This document shows, piece by piece, positions 49,623-59,479 of a stretch of DNA of 64,000 bases. The notes under the pieces are model-generated. The model saw nothing but the letters and a program-made list of their open reading frames with translations, had not been told where the DNA came from and did no database searches. The DNA lies in the NCBI GenBank assembly GCA_963803415.1, contig CAWDMI010000002.1, positions 1,536,369-1,600,368 on the forward strand. The letters are read 5' to 3'. A program made the translations under genes and the position numbers. The number at the start of each line of letters is the position of its first letter. Position 1 is the stretch's first letter. The stretch comes from an uncultured delta proteobacterium. GTDB taxonomy: Bacteria > Desulfobacterota > Binatia > UBA9968.

Positions 49623-51074
49623 ATGTGCACTATGAAGACTCTCATCCAAGGCGGATTTGTCGTCGGCTTCAACGGTAAGGAGCACGAGATCTTCAAAGAC
49701 GGCGTTGTGGTGTTTGAGGGCGACCGAATCCTGTTTGCCGGTAAAGTCTATGCCGAACCGGTGGACAAAACGATCGATGCCCGAGGCTGCCTCATCGCCC
49801 CGGGCTTTATCGATACTCACTTCCACTCCGGCATCAATGCCAGCGACTACATTCTTAATGATTCGACGAAGACGGATTTTTTTGCTTCCAATTATCTGGC
49901 GCACGGCGGGCCGACACGCGCAGGGGCGCATGCCGCTCATTTCAAGGATGTCGATGTCGGGCAACGTTTCTCGCTCATTCATGTTTTAAAGAGCGGTGTA
50001 ACGACGACCTTTGATATCGGGGGTCCGAGCGGCGAACCCGATCGGTACGTGGACATGGTCGATCAAGTCGGGATTCGCTGTGCGAGCGGCCTGAGCTATA
50101 AGAACGTGAACTTTTACCACGATCGCGAAGGCCGCTTGGAGTATGATTGGGATGACGCTCGGGGCAGCGCAGGTCTAAAGCGCGCGATTGAGTTTGCCAA
50201 GAAAAATAATGGCTCGTGTAACGGGCGGATGACCGCCCTGCTGTTTCCGGGCCATGTGGATTCCTGCACGCCAAGCCTTTTGAAAGAAACTCGCGCGGCG
50301 GCCAGGGAAATCGGGGTCCGCGTGCAGATTCACGCCACGATCAATTTGTTCGAGTTCCACACTGTAATGCAGCGCGAGCGCTGCACGCCGATCGAGCTGC
50401 TGCACAAGATTAGCTTCCTCGATCCGGAGGTTTCACTCTCCCATTGTATTTTCATCAGCGGCCATAGCTGGCTCGCTTATCCATTTGGAGACGACCTCAA
50501 GATCATTGCCGACTCCGGCGCATCCGTCGCTTATAGCCCGCTCAAATATTTGAAGCTGGGAATCGTGATGGAGTCCTTTGATAAGTATCTCAAGGCGGGC
50601 ATCAACATGGGCATCGGTACCGATACCTTTCCAAAGGATATTGTCTCTGACATGCGTTACGCTGCGCTTGCCTCACGCGTTGCCGAGAAAAGTTTTCTGG
50701 CCGGCCATCCGCGCGACGTGTTCAACGCGGTGACAGTAGGCGGCGCGAAAATGCTCGGCAGAGATGATCTGGGAAAACTACAAAAAGGGGCGAAGGCGGA
50801 TATCACGATCGTGAACCTCAAAGATATCGCCTTCGGTGCGGTTCGAGATCCGATCCGATCATTGATGGAGACGGCTGTCAGCCGGGATGTGCGAACCGTT
50901 ATCGTCGACGGCGAAACCTTGGTCGACAACGGCAAGTATCTTCGTCTGGAGGAGAAAGAATTGCTGGAAAACGTTCAAGCCAAAGGGGAGCAGGTGTGGG
51001 ACAGCGTCCCCAAATGGCACTGGAGCGGAAAGAGTCTGGACGAAGTCGTCCCGCCGGCATTTAAAATCCTATGA
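49623..51074 (+). CDS. Amidohydrolase-family metal-dependent hydrolase (chlorohydrolase / cytosine-guanine deaminase-like)
   Basis: HxH metal motif (FIDTHFHSG) plus later His/Asp ligands, and a TIM-barrel-sized protein of 483 aa. Confidence 0.8.
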   Translation: MCTMKTLIQGGFVVGFNGKEHEIFKDGVVVFEGDRILFAGKVYAEPVDKTIDARGCLIAPGFIDTHFHSGINASDYILNDSTKTDFFASNYLAHGGPTRAGAHAAHFKDVDVGQRFSLIHVLKSGVTTTFDIGGPSGEPDRYVDMVDQVGIRCASGLSYKNVNFYHDREGRLEYDWDDARGSAGLKRAIEFAKKNNGSCNGRMTALLFPGHVDSCTPSLLKETRAAAREIGVRVQIHATINLFEFHTVMQRERCTPIELLHKISFLDPEVSLSHCIFISGHSWLAYPFGDDLKIIADSGASVAYSPLKYLKLGIVMESFDKYLKAGINMGIGTDTFPKDIVSDMRYAALASRVAEKSFLAGHPRDVFNAVTVGGAKMLGRDDLGKLQKGAKADITIVNLKDIAFGAVRDPIRSLMETAVSRDVRTVIVDGETLVDNGKYLRLEEKELLENVQAKGEQVWDSVPKWHWSGKSLDEVVPPAFKIL

Positions 51075-51151
51075 GTCTTTTTTGCGGCCGAGCTACTGAA
51101 TTGTGATAAGTCAACTGGCCTTGTAGAGTCGCGGTTACCTTAGGGAATCAC

Positions 51152-51442
51152 GTGGCGGAAGGGTGGAAAATCAACAGGACGGCGATCTTCTTCTTTGTTG
51201 TCTGGTTACTATTCCTTTGGGTTTTGGCTTGTCTCCTCGGGATCATAAATCCCGCAAGCGCAAGATCGCAACTCTTCATCTTGCTTTTCGTTGCTGTCGC
51301 TCTGTACTGCTTGAAAAACCGATTACAGTCCAAAAAGTGCCCGCGATGTGGAAACCGAAATTGGTCTCGTGCAAAATGTCCTCACTGTGAATATGATTTT
51401 TCCGAGGACGAGAAGTGGTCCAAGCCATTCTGTGAGCCTTGA
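51152..51442 (+). CDS. Small membrane protein with C-terminal CxxC...CxxC zinc ribbon
   Basis: 96 aa with two TM segments followed by CPRCGNRNWSRAKCPHCEYDF. It lies in a low-GC stretch. Confidence 0.45.
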   Translation: MAEGWKINRTAIFFFVVWLLFLWVLACLLGIINPASARSQLFILLFVAVALYCLKNRLQSKKCPRCGNRNWSRAKCPHCEYDFSEDEKWSKPFCEP

Positions 51443-51974
51443 ACCGCTAGTTTGAAACAAGTGAGGACCGGTGCAGATCTATTTGGCAATAGGTGAAGAC
51501 GAGGATGAAATTAGGCAGTTGCACTAGCCTGAAGGTCTGCCCTTTTTCGTCACCCTAATATACGAACCTTGATAGTTATTGTAGTTAGCGTCTCAGTTGT
51601 TCAAAACTGACGACGTCTCCCCATAAATTCTCTTTAACAAGAAAGCGAGAAATCGCTTTCCCGAAACAGTTGTCTTAAGACAGCATTCAATCGGTGTAGC
51701 GAAGGGACAATCCTTCATCGCCGGAAATCATTACCCTAAAAACTCTTTGAAATCAGCTGGATTTTTGCAAAGCGTATCCGGCATAGTGTTTGCACCAGCG
51801 ATAAGAGGACCAGCGAATCTAGCAACAACAGCGGGAGGATTTGGCTCAGGCGCTTAGCTATCAAGCCTTGCTATTAGCCTTTGGCTGAGCTTTGCGAATC
51901 GGGAGTTGCCATCAGGGCGCGCCGCGGGCGAGGGTGGTCACCGTTAGGCGTACCGATGTGGAAATCTCAGCATC

Positions 51975-54098
51975 TTGAATGGGCCCGAACCGGAGTTTAT
52001 TCTTAGGTCCATGGACGGCCAAATGACCGAGCGACGGGAAGGGAATCCTTTACAGAGCCTGTATCAGACTCTTCTCGAGATTTCACAAGCGATCGCATCG
52101 CACCGAGACATCGACGAGCTTTTTCACGAGCTTGCCCCGCGCCTTCACCGGGTCGTACAATTCGAGTTTGCCAATCTGATACTCTACGAGCCGACACGCA
52201 AGGTGATGAAGTCCCATGTCCTGGAGACGCCCGATCCCGGCTACGTTTGCCCGGCAGGGGAATGTCCGATGGAAACACCTGGAGGTTGGGTCTGGCAAAC
52301 GCAAGAGCCGTGGGTCATCTCTGATCTGAACAGCGACACGCGGTTTCCCGACTTAGGACGGTGGCTCTGTGATCGGGGAGTTCGATCGCTGTGTGTCGTT
52401 CCCGTTACAACGGCGTTAAGAAAACTTGGCGCTCTGGCATTCGGGAGCATGCACGAAGGTGCCTACTCGGAGGCCGACGTGACCTTTCTTCAACAGGTTG
52501 CTCGACAAGTGGCCGTCGCGGTAGACAACGCGCTCAACTTCGAGCAGGCGCAATCCGTGCAGCAACAGCTGAAAGAGGAACGGGACCGTCTAAGGTTGTT
52601 GTTGGAAGTTAACAATACAGTCGTCTCCGTGCTCGATTTGCACGAACTGCTCAACGCGGTTTCTGCTTCGTTGCGGCGTCTGGTGCCGCATGAATATGCG
52701 AGTCTCTCTCTTTACGATGCGGAAACCCAAAGTTTACAGATTCACGCTCTGGATTTCCCGGTCAGTAAGGGCTTGCTTCAGGAAGGTCTCTCGATACCCG
52801 TCGAGGGGTCACCCACGGGTCGGGCGATAACTACACGCCAACCCGTTTTCATTACTCGCAGCGACGTCGAGCAATTCGGTTCTGATGTGGCCCGGCGCAT
52901 TCTTGCCGAAGGTCTCAAATCTGCCTATTGTTTGCCCTTGATTTCTCATGGACGTCCCCTCGGCACGCTTGTGGTAGCGAGTCTACGCGAGGAGACTTTT
53001 CCCGAGAAGGATGCGGAATTGCTTCAACACGTCGCCAATCAAATCGCGATTGCGGTAGAAAACTCGCTTGCTTTTCGTCGGGTTGTGGAACGGGCGAACA
53101 AACTCGGCGAGGAAAGGCTTTACTTACAGGATGAAATCCGCACCGAATACAACTTCGAAGAGATCATCGGTGAGAGTTCCGTCTTGAAACGGATCTTGGA
53201 ACAACTGGAGACCGTGGCGCCGACAGACTCGACAATTTTGATTCAGGGTGAGACCGGCACCGGCAAGGAATTGATTGCCCGGGCCATCCACAATCTGAGC
53301 GCGCGCCGGGAACGAACTCTTGTGAAGGTTAACTGTGCCGCGATTCCTACCGGCTTGCTTGAAAGCGAGTTGTTCGGGCACGAAAAGGGCGCGTTCACCG
53401 GCGCCATTGCGCAACGAGTTGGTCGGTTCGAATTGGCGCACCATGGCACGCTCTTTCTCGACGAGGTGGGAGACATTCCCCTCCAACTCCAGCCCAAGCT
53501 CCTGCGTGTTCTCCAGGAACAAGAGTTTGAGCGGCTGGGCAGCGCGCGAACGATTCGCGTGGATGTTCGCGTGGTCGCGGCCACGAACGCGGATCTGGCG
53601 CAAAAAGTGTCGGACAATCAATTTCGTCGCGACCTCTATTACCGACTGAACGTCTTTCCGATCACGATCCCTTCGCTGCGCGAGCGGCCGGAGGACATTC
53701 CTCTGCTCGTGCGCTACTTCGCGCAAAAATACGCGCGACGCATGAAAAAGCCGATTGACTCCATTCCTGCCAGGGCGATGACGGCCTTGACGGAATACCG
53801 TTGGCCCGGCAACGTGCGCGAGCTCGAAAACTTCATCGAGCGCGCGGTCATTCTTTCCCGCGATGCCGAACTCGAAATTCCGCTCGCTGAGCTCAAGCAA
53901 ACGGCGAGACCGCTTGCGGTTGGCCCGGTCAATGGTCTCGCTACTTTGGAGCATGCCGAACGCGAGCACATTGTGCGCGTCCTCGGCGAAACCAATTGGG
54001 TGATTGGCGGGTCCGAGGGCGCCGCCGCTCGACTCGGCATGAAGCGGACCACTCTTCAGTCGCGCATGCGAAAGCTAGGAATCACGCGTCCCCAATAA
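51975..54098 (+). CDS. Sigma-54-dependent transcriptional activator (bacterial enhancer-binding protein) with two N-terminal GAF domains and C-terminal Fis-type HTH
   Basis: GAF-GAF region; AAA+ sigma-54 interaction domain with Walker A (GETGTGKE), GAFTGA loop ([15 protein letters not shown]), Walker B (TLFLDEVGD) and arginine finger region; terminal HTH ([21 protein letters not shown]). Confidence 0.92.
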   Translation: MNGPEPEFILRSMDGQMTERREGNPLQSLYQTLLEISQAIASHRDIDELFHELAPRLHRVVQFEFANLILYEPTRKVMKSHVLETPDPGYVCPAGECPMETPGGWVWQTQEPWVISDLNSDTRFPDLGRWLCDRGVRSLCVVPVTTALRKLGALAFGSMHEGAYSEADVTFLQQVARQVAVAVDNALNFEQAQSVQQQLKEERDRLRLLLEVNNTVVSVLDLHELLNAVSASLRRLVPHEYASLSLYDAETQSLQIHALDFPVSKGLLQEGLSIPVEGSPTGRAITTRQPVFITRSDVEQFGSDVARRILAEGLKSAYCLPLISHGRPLGTLVVASLREETFPEKDAELLQHVANQIAIAVENSLAFRRVVERANKLGEERLYLQDEIRTEYNFEEIIGESSVLKRILEQLETVAPTDSTILIQGETGTGKELIARAIHNLSARRERTLVKVNCAAIPTGLLESELFGHEKGAFTGAIAQRVGRFELAHHGTLFLDEVGDIPLQLQPKLLRVLQEQEFERLGSARTIRVDVRVVAATNADLAQKVSDNQFRRDLYYRLNVFPITIPSLRERPEDIPLLVRYFAQKYARRMKKPIDSIPARAMTALTEYRWPGNVRELENFIERAVILSRDAELEIPLAELKQTARPLAVGPVNGLATLEHAEREHIVRVLGETNWVIGGSEGAAARLGMKRTTLQSRMRKLGITRPQ

Positions 54099-54103
54099 AG
54101 CCC

Positions 54104-54127
54104 ATATTTCGGCGCCTGCCGATAAAT
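54104..54127 (+). promoter_or_regulatory. Candidate enhancer (upstream activator sequence) dyad, copy 1: ATATTTCGGCGCCTGCCGATAAAT
   Basis: Imperfect palindrome TCGGC-N4-GCCGA flanked by AT-rich arms. The 17-nt core ATATTTCGGCGCCTGCC is repeated exactly at 58704. In both copies it lies about 115-120 bp upstream of a perfect -24/-12 element. Confidence 0.55.
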
Positions 54128-54232
54128 CGTCAGACTTCTTTCGTCACACTCCTTAGCAGCCCCAAAGGTGAGCGACCTGTAACTTTCCCGATTCGCGCGG
54201 TTAATCCTGTTTCGCACCAACGATCCGCGCCT

Positions 54233-54247
54233 TGGCACAGTGCTTGC
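54233..54247 (+). promoter_or_regulatory. Sigma-54 promoter (TGGCAC-N5-TTGC), copy 1
   Basis: ttGGCACagtgcTTGCt matches the RpoN consensus perfectly. A strong RBS GAGGAGG and the ATG at 54284 follow. Confidence 0.75.
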
Positions 54248-54283
54248 TCGATTTTCAGTAGAACGAGAGAGGAGGTGAATCTA

Positions 54284-54433
54284 ATGAAAATTGCAACGAC
54301 ATTTTTTGCAGCGCTGCTTCTGACCGCCAGCCTCCTGGTGACTGCTGCTGCCGCAGCCCCTGAAGATTGGAGCGAGCAAGCCTGGCACGCTCACATCGAG
54401 GAGCTGCGCCAGCTTAAGCAAGACCAGGAATAA
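54284..54433 (+). CDS. Small secreted/hydrophobic protein (49 aa), paralog A
   Basis: MKIATTFFAALLLTASLLVTAAAAA|PEDWSEQAWHAHIEELRQLKQDQE. RBS GAGGAGG. The N-terminal 13 residues are conserved with the 49-aa protein at 58881. Confidence 0.6.
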   Translation: MKIATTFFAALLLTASLLVTAAAAAPEDWSEQAWHAHIEELRQLKQDQE

Positions 54434-54453
54434 GCGGTGCAATGGCCTAACAA

Positions 54454-54484
54454 GCATGAGGAGGGGCAACGCCCCTCCTCATGC
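54454..54484 (+). terminator. Stem-loop (13-bp perfect stem) downstream of small gene A; probable terminator with weak U-tract
   Basis: GCATGAGGAGGGG-caacg-CCCCTCCTCATGC, followed by CGTTGTG. Confidence 0.5.
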
Positions 54485-54556
54485 CGTTGTGCCGCGTGCG
54501 CTGAATCAAGAATACAATAGACAAATAGGGGAACATAATTCCTGAAGGGAGAAGTT

Positions 54557-54718
54557 GATGCTTAGGAAACCGCTGAATCTGGAGCCGGTAGTCGTTTCGG
54601 TCAACAATCCGGTAGCGCTAAAGCACGGAGACTCGGTTTACTGTTGGTGTGATCCGATCGTCGAGGTGGATGAAAATGGACGGGAAGTAGTGGTCCATAA
54701 GGAAGTATCCTGGAACTG
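54557..54718 (+). CDS. Hypothetical small protein (53 aa)
   Basis: Good RBS (AAGGGAGAAG-N4-ATG). Sequence MLRKPLNLEPVVVSVNNPVALKHGDSVYCWCDPIVEVDENGREVVVHKEVSWN. Confidence 0.35.
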
Positions 54719-54765
54719 ACCAAATCATCAACAGTCGGAGTGATGATTTGTAAGGAGCAATGCTT

Positions 54766-55116
54766 ATGAGTACGTGGCAACTTATTTTTCTCCAGAGCAG
54801 GGCGAATAATTGCGCCTATGACGAAGATGATTTACCGGCGCAAAATTGGGCCTGGCCCCAAGGGACCTGGTTCCAAAAGCGTCGGCATTACCTGCGCGAG
54901 ACCCAGCGAAAATACGCCCGCCAAAATAGACCGAGCCCACCTTCAAACAGGTTTAGGGAAGTAGCGTTTGTCGATCAAGGAGGAGAGTGTCCTATGAGTT
55001 TTTCGATGGTGCCATTGCCTCTCGCCGAAAGGGAAATTCCGGCTCAGGCACGAGAGGCTTTGCTGGAAAACCGCCGTCGCGGAGCTCCTCATGCAAGAAT
55101 ATGGACTGAGCTGTAG
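54766..55116 (+). CDS. Hypothetical protein (about 116 aa)
   Basis: ORF preceded by TAAGGAGC, with no recognisable domain. Confidence 0.3.
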   Translation: MSTWQLIFLQSRANNCAYDEDDLPAQNWAWPQGTWFQKRRHYLRETQRKYARQNRPSPPSNRFREVAFVDQGGECPMSFSMVPLPLAEREIPAQAREALLENRRRGAPHARIWTEL

Positions 55117-55239
55117 CGAAGCCGGTCAGCTCGTGGAAGTCGCCGCGTGCGACTTGGGTAGATAGGGGATCCTGCAATGCCGCAAGGCGCTGCAGGGCGT
55201 GATGGTTTCGCGAGAAGGTTAGGAGCGCGGAGGAAAAAA

Positions 55240-55805
55240 ATGAAGCAACGACGTTTGGGCAAAAATGGCCCGATGGTTTCGGCCATGGGTCTTGGATGTA
55301 TGGGCATGTCGGAGTTCTATGGATCGCGCGATGAACCGAGTCGATCGCGACGATCCATCGGGCGCTCGACCTCGGCATCGGATTTCTCGACACCGCGGAC
55401 ATCTATGGCATGGGCGCCAATGAAGAGCTTGTGGGTAAGGCCATCAAAGGCTGGTGGGATAAAGTGATGCTCGCGACCAAGTTTGGCATCGTTCGCACTA
55501 CCGATCTACGAATAGAGCTAAAGCGCAGCCCCATTTTAGTTTCCAAGATGCAAACTTCGTTGGACGAGGAAGCCGACGTTATCGCGGCGCTCATGGAGGG
55601 GTTTCTTTGCCGCGCAGCCCTATCGATAACTCCGGACATCAACGACGCCATCATTTCGGCACCTGCCAATAACTCGGCACAGTTTCTTCGTCACATCCAA
55701 AAGCATTCAAAAATGCGACCGCCGGAACTCCGTGAATCTGTAACATTTCCTGAGTCCTCTGACTGTCAAGGAGCACTTGGCACGAGACTTGTTGAGATTC
55801 CCTAG
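55240..55805 (+). pseudogene. Aldo/keto reductase pseudogene (frameshifted and C-terminally degenerate)
   Basis: The AKR N-terminus [32 protein letters not shown] switches frame (a 1-nt loss next to GATGAA) into ...[35 protein letters not shown]...KFGIVRT. Family similarity then stops. Confidence 0.65.
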
Positions 55806-55853
55806 AGAGAAAGCCGAAAGGCCTTCGATCCGGAAAAATACAAAGGAGGATTT

Positions 55854-56585
55854 ATGTCGTCACTTGAAAGGAAATCTGCACTGGTTACGGGCAGCTCTCG
55901 CGGTATCGGCCGGGCGATCGCCGAACGTCTGGCTGCCGACGGAGCGGCGGTCGTTATCAACTACACGCACAATCGGGAACCGGCCCAGGAAGTGGTCGAC
56001 GGCATCGTTGCGAGGGGCGGTAAGGCCATAGCCGTCCAGGGCGACGTTTCGAAGCCAGCTGAAGTGCGGCGCTTGTTCAATGAAGCGGAGAGAGCGGTTG
56101 GGCAGCTCGACATTGTTGTAGCCAACGCCGGCGTGTATCTGTCGAAACCGCTCATCGAAAACACCGAAGAAGACTACGACGCGGTGTTCAATATCAACAC
56201 TAGAGGCATGTTCTTCACGTTACAGGAGGCCGCCCGTCGCGTGCGCGATGGGGGTCGGATCATCGCCGTTTCGACCGGAGGCACAAAGATGCCGTTTCCA
56301 AACGCCTCGCTTTACCTCGGGAGCAAGGCGGCGGTGGAACAATTCGTTCGTTCGCTTTCGCGTGAAATCGGTCCGCGGAACGTTACGGTGAACGTCCTCT
56401 CACCGGGATTCACTGCCACGGATATGCTCAGCAGTGACGAGATCCGTCACTATGGCGCCTCTCTATCGCCGTTCAACCGCATCGGCACGCCGCAGGAAGT
56501 GGCCGACGTGTCCGCATTCCTTGCGAGCGACGCCGCGCGCTGGGTGACCGGGCAGAATCTGCAAGCCGGCGGCGGGGTTGTGTGA
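55854..56585 (+). CDS. SDR-family NAD(P)-dependent oxidoreductase (FabG-like)
   Basis: TGSSRGIGRAIA cofactor motif, a NAG-type segment (VANAGV) and catalytic YxxxK (YLGSKAAVE). Length 243 aa. Confidence 0.9.
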   Translation: MSSLERKSALVTGSSRGIGRAIAERLAADGAAVVINYTHNREPAQEVVDGIVARGGKAIAVQGDVSKPAEVRRLFNEAERAVGQLDIVVANAGVYLSKPLIENTEEDYDAVFNINTRGMFFTLQEAARRVRDGGRIIAVSTGGTKMPFPNASLYLGSKAAVEQFVRSLSREIGPRNVTVNVLSPGFTATDMLSSDEIRHYGASLSPFNRIGTPQEVADVSAFLASDAARWVTGQNLQAGGGVV

Positions 56586-56923
56586 GACAGCGCGGCAGAA
56601 ATAGGACTACGAAAGGTCCCTATGACCAGAACCCATGTCGATATAGCGATACTGGTACCAAAGGCCGATGAACACGTCGCTTTGGCCCAAGCCTTTGGAT
56701 GGGGCCTCACAGGCTCAGACGGAAAAATTCGTTCCCAAGGCGCCTTCAAGGTAACGTCGTACCCGACGCGGGGGAAAGCTCGCCCCGAATGCCAGAGATG
56801 AGTTGTTCCGCTGTTCCCGCCGGCACATATTTCAACCCTTTCGCGAAGTGAAAAATATGCTTGGGTGGACGCCTTTTTCCTAACTTATTGAATGCATTAT
56901 TGACTTCAGCCAAACTTCTGGAT

Positions 56924-58346
56924 CTAACCAATTGTCTCAGTAATCCAAATTCGATCAGAACAGTATCGCCTGCATTCGCGGGGTCTGTCGTCGGAATGTC
57001 CTCCTGGCCCCACGCCATTCACCCAAGACGCCAGCAAAAAGCGCGCTTCCTGCTCAGTCGGAATAACCTTTTCCCTGTGTTTATAGAGTATCAAAAGCTC
57101 ACGGTAGGTTAGTAAACTCTGCGTAGTTTGATAGGCAGAAGCTTTGGAGGTTAGAAGTTCCCGAAACCGTTTGAATTCTCGTTCTTCTGAATCCGCGAGA
57201 TCGGAAATAACTTTCTTTGCGATATAATCGTGGCTGACCTCATAATACGGATCAATGTGTCTCACCAACCTCAAGTCTATTAATTTTTCTAGCGCGCCTT
57301 CACAGACAAAATTCTCCAGGCCCGTGTCCGATGCGATTTCCGACAAAGTTCGTTGGGCCTTTACTCCGTAGCTTCTCACAAGTGATATAAGCACAGCTCG
57401 GATGCGCCCTTCACTATCCTGAGCGTACTGTAAAAGCCGATTGAGGTAACCTCCGATTACGCCTTCCATGCCGCCGGCTTCTTGGTAGTTCTGAATCATG
57501 TATGGTTTTTGAGCCTTTTGCGTGGAAGACCAAATGTGCTCAATTAACATTTGGAGGTAGGGAGGGTAGACACCGGAAAAACCCGCTACACTGCTTGATA
57601 CTAATAGATCACGCGGAATGCGTTTCTCTTCAACATCCCTTAGGGCGAAGGACACCGACAAATCTGTGGCAATCCTTTTTATTCCCCCAGGCATACTCGT
57701 CATTTATACCGCTTAGGTAGTGTCGGGTGAGACCTTTGGGAGAGCCGCTGATCTGTTGCCAGTACTGTCCGAGACGGCCTTCTAAGTCGGCACGATAAGA
57801 GATTAGAACGCGCAATGATGGGTCGTCCAATTCATATATCGACCGAAGTCCTTCGAGTAGTTGTGTTGTCTCATGGACGTCCTGAGCGGCGAGCACGTCT
57901 TCAAACTGATCAATAATCAACAGCACACCCGTGTTTTTCAGCGCGGAACTTGTCTCAGCAAGCAGAGGAAGAAGCGGTCCCTTGTACTTAGCCGGCCCTT
58001 CGAAAATCGTTGTCTGAATCTTCTGAGCTATATCCGTGCAGGGAAGTCCTAATGGCCGAGTGTAAATCGGCCTCATTTTTAAATCGGCACAGGCTGGAAT
58101 AAGACCTGCGTGAATCAATGATGCCTTACCTACGCCAGAATCTTCAAGTAATAGAACGATCGGAGAGGCAGCAAGTTGATCAGTTAAGTCTGACGTATCT
58201 CGTTGTCGGCCAAAAAGATAATACCGATCGCTGCTCGTAAGAAAATCAATTCCCAGCGGCTCTTTGAGTGACTTGGCTGCTGCACAAAGGCAGGAAACCG
58301 ATCTGATATCTTCCGGTACACATCTCGGACAATGGAAAAAAGAAGA
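56924..58346 (-). pseudogene. STAND-class P-loop NTPase, disrupted (at least two frame breaks), low-GC
   Basis: My own extension of the 57630..58118 frame upstream reads ...YLFGRQRDTSDLTDQLAASPIVLLLEDSGVGKASLIHAGL (Walker A GxxGxGKxSL). The tracked ORF contains the Walker B VLLIIDQFEDVL. The C-terminal helical part (56924..57703) sits in another frame, with a junction near 57670. An upstream stop lies at 58347. The locus is AT-richer than its surroundings. Confidence 0.6.
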
Positions 58347-58703
58347 TCATCGGCTGATTTGAATTGAGCGCAAGTGTGTTTTTTAGCTTTTTCTTTGAGC
58401 CGTTTGAGCCCTGACTTAGCCAGAGGAGTGGGTTCTTTGTATTGCTGCCCCAGGTGGAGTCCTCTTCGATTAAATAGAGTAAGATATCGCTGACAGTTCC
58501 TGTGCTCAGCGCATGATTCGCTTCATCCAACTCAACATCCGTTATGGATTTGCCCGCGCTAGAGGCTACGCTTCCGTAACGGTGCGCGTAGATGCTACCC
58601 CCCTTTAACGACTTCCAGTCGGAACTCTTCGAGGCCATCAGCTACACAACTTGTTACGCGACGACTACTCAAAGCCGAACGTCACTGGTCCAAGAAGAGC
58701 CGA

Positions 58704-58725
58704 TATTTCGGCGCCTGCCAATATG
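58704..58725 (+). promoter_or_regulatory. Candidate enhancer (upstream activator sequence) dyad, copy 2: ATATTTCGGCGCCTGCCAATAT
   Basis: Same 17-nt core as at 54104, with an imperfect dyad. Its centre lies about 116 bp upstream of the -24 element at 58829. Confidence 0.55.
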
Positions 58726-58828
58726 GTGGCAGATTTTCTTCGGCACAAGCCCTAATAGCCTCGTTCGGCGCAATCGTTAATGCCTCTAATTTTGCGCACT
58801 TGTGGGCCCTTTCTGGTGTCGGTGCCTT

Positions 58829-58843
58829 TGGCACTGTGATTGC
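58829..58843 (+). promoter_or_regulatory. Sigma-54 promoter (TGGCAC-N5-TTGC), copy 2
   Basis: tTGGCACtgtgaTTGCt, followed by RBS AAGGAG and the ATG at 58881. Confidence 0.75.
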
Positions 58844-58880
58844 TCACAGCATATGTAGAAAGAAAAAGGAGATGATTCCA

Positions 58881-59030
58881 ATGAAGATCGACACATCGTT
58901 TTTCGCGGCCCTGGTCCTGGCTGTGACCACTCTATGGGCGCGGATGGCGGTTCAAGGAGTTGAACAGGCAGTTGTCTCGACAGCGCTTGAGTATTGCCTG
59001 AAGCGCATCAAGGTTCGGGTTGGGAAGTAA
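58881..59030 (+). CDS. Small hydrophobic protein (49 aa), paralog B
   Basis: MKIDTSFFAALVLAVTTLWARMAVQGVEQAVVSTALEYCLKRIKVRVGK. It has the same length as paralog A and a conserved N-terminus (MKI.T.FFAAL.L), but diverges at the DNA level. Confidence 0.6.
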   Translation: MKIDTSFFAALVLAVTTLWARMAVQGVEQAVVSTALEYCLKRIKVRVGK

Positions 59031-59050
59031 GGAATCGAGGGAAAACTTTC

Positions 59051-59464
59051 GTGAGAGTCAAAAATAAGATCTTTTTCATCGTTTTCATCCTATTGGAGTT
59101 TATTGGTCGAGTATTCTTTCCCGGATACGCCGCCGCTGAATCCCCAAAAGCGATCGGCGAGGTCGTGCGTAAGGAAATCTTTCCGACTGGCGCGGCACCG
59201 GAAAAGAAACGTCTTAATTTAGTTTCATCTTTCGCGTTGACGGTCGACGGAGAGAGGGTGGGCAGCATCGCTCTATACGATGACCCCGCAACCGAAAGAC
59301 CTGCTGATTATTTAGAGCTTTACGACCACGCAGGGAACCTCCTGGCCGTCAGTTGGTTCGATCGATTCGGCATCGAAAGGACCGCTGTCGATCGCGGGAT
59401 CCTGGAGGATGCCGACAAACCCGAGGGAATCTTTGTCATTCTTTTGGCTGGCGAATCCCTATGA
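59051..59464 (+). CDS. Secreted hypothetical protein (signal peptide, about 137 aa)
   Basis: Proposed GTG start. Hydrophobic signal KIFFIVFILLEFIGRVFFPGYAAAES, with no recognisable domain. It lies immediately downstream of small gene B in the same orientation. Confidence 0.45.
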   Translation: MRVKNKIFFIVFILLEFIGRVFFPGYAAAESPKAIGEVVRKEIFPTGAAPEKKRLNLVSSFALTVDGERVGSIALYDDPATERPADYLELYDHAGNLLAVSWFDRFGIERTAVDRGILEDADKPEGIFVILLAGESL

Positions 59465-59479
59465 GGTTCCTGTTGACTT

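Noticed and set aside
56627-56803. 58-codon plus-strand ORF (MTRTHVDIAILVPKADEHVAL…) as a functional gene
   Set aside because: It is too short to fold as the PNP-like domain it resembles, has no continuation in frame, and lies in a decayed low-GC stretch. It is kept only as a remnant mentioned in the findings.
58246-58638. 130-aa minus-strand ORF containing a GKS tripeptide, tempting as the N-terminus of the NTPase
   Set aside because: It is out of frame with, and overlaps, the much better Walker-A-bearing extension of the 57630..58118 frame (…LLLEDSGVGKASLIHAGL). Its GKS lacks a proper GxxxxGK[ST] context.
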